DNA of 18,164 nt from a bacterium (GTDB lineage Bacteria; JAHJDO01): positions 1 to 18,164 of the forward strand of contig JBDRTG010000006.1 of NCBI GenBank assembly GCA_043824255.1, written 5' to 3'. Below are positions 18,110-18,164 of this stretch, piece after piece (position 1 is the first letter of the stretch; every line of letters starts with the position of its first letter). The notes beneath the pieces are model-generated. The model was not told the DNA's origin and searched no databases. It saw only the letters and a list, made by a program, of their open reading frames with translations. Made by a program: the position numbers and the translations under genes.

Positions 18110-18130
18110 TAGACTGTGGTCCGTGGACTG
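18110..18130. repeat. Three degenerate 7-nt tandem units
   Basis: TAGACTG TGGTCCG TGGACTG read directly. Confidence 0.45.
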
Positions 18131-18156
18131 ATTTTAAAAGAAGGAGGGACAGGACG

Positions 18157-18164
18157 ATGGCAAA
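18157..18164 (+). CDS. Start of the next gene (partial; M-A-K/N), by synteny probably EF-G or EF-Tu
   Basis: AAGGAGG at 18141-18147 then ATG GCA AA at the window edge. Identity cannot be determined from two and a half codons. Confidence 0.5.

Overview
AT-rich bacterial chromosomal window (standard code 11; every real gene is on the + strand) carrying the core transcription/translation cluster: tuf (3' end)-rpmG-tRNA-Trp-secE-nusG-rplK-[insert]-rplA-rplJ-rplL-rpoB/rpoC-rpsL-rpsG, then the first codons of a further gene. Two large departures from the usual layout stand out. (1) The normally adjacent rplK and rplA are separated by a co-oriented insert of about 5.7 kb. It encodes three exported proteins (an Ig-stalked protein with a C-terminal LolA-like domain, a TolB-like beta-propeller and an alpha/beta-hydrolase of the lipase/PGAP1 type) plus a 57-codon HEPN-like remnant whose stop overlaps the rplA start. 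(2) rpoB and rpoC are fused in frame into one 2620-aa ORF. Smaller oddities: a tRNA-Trp(CCA) with a 4-bp anticodon stem, S12 with RGGSVAD in place of the near-invariant RGGRVKD, an N-terminally extended L7/L12, 7-nt-period repeat arrays in three intergenic spacers, and a strong sigma70-type promoter with a palindrome after rpsG. All domain calls come from motif recognition by eye, not from database searches.
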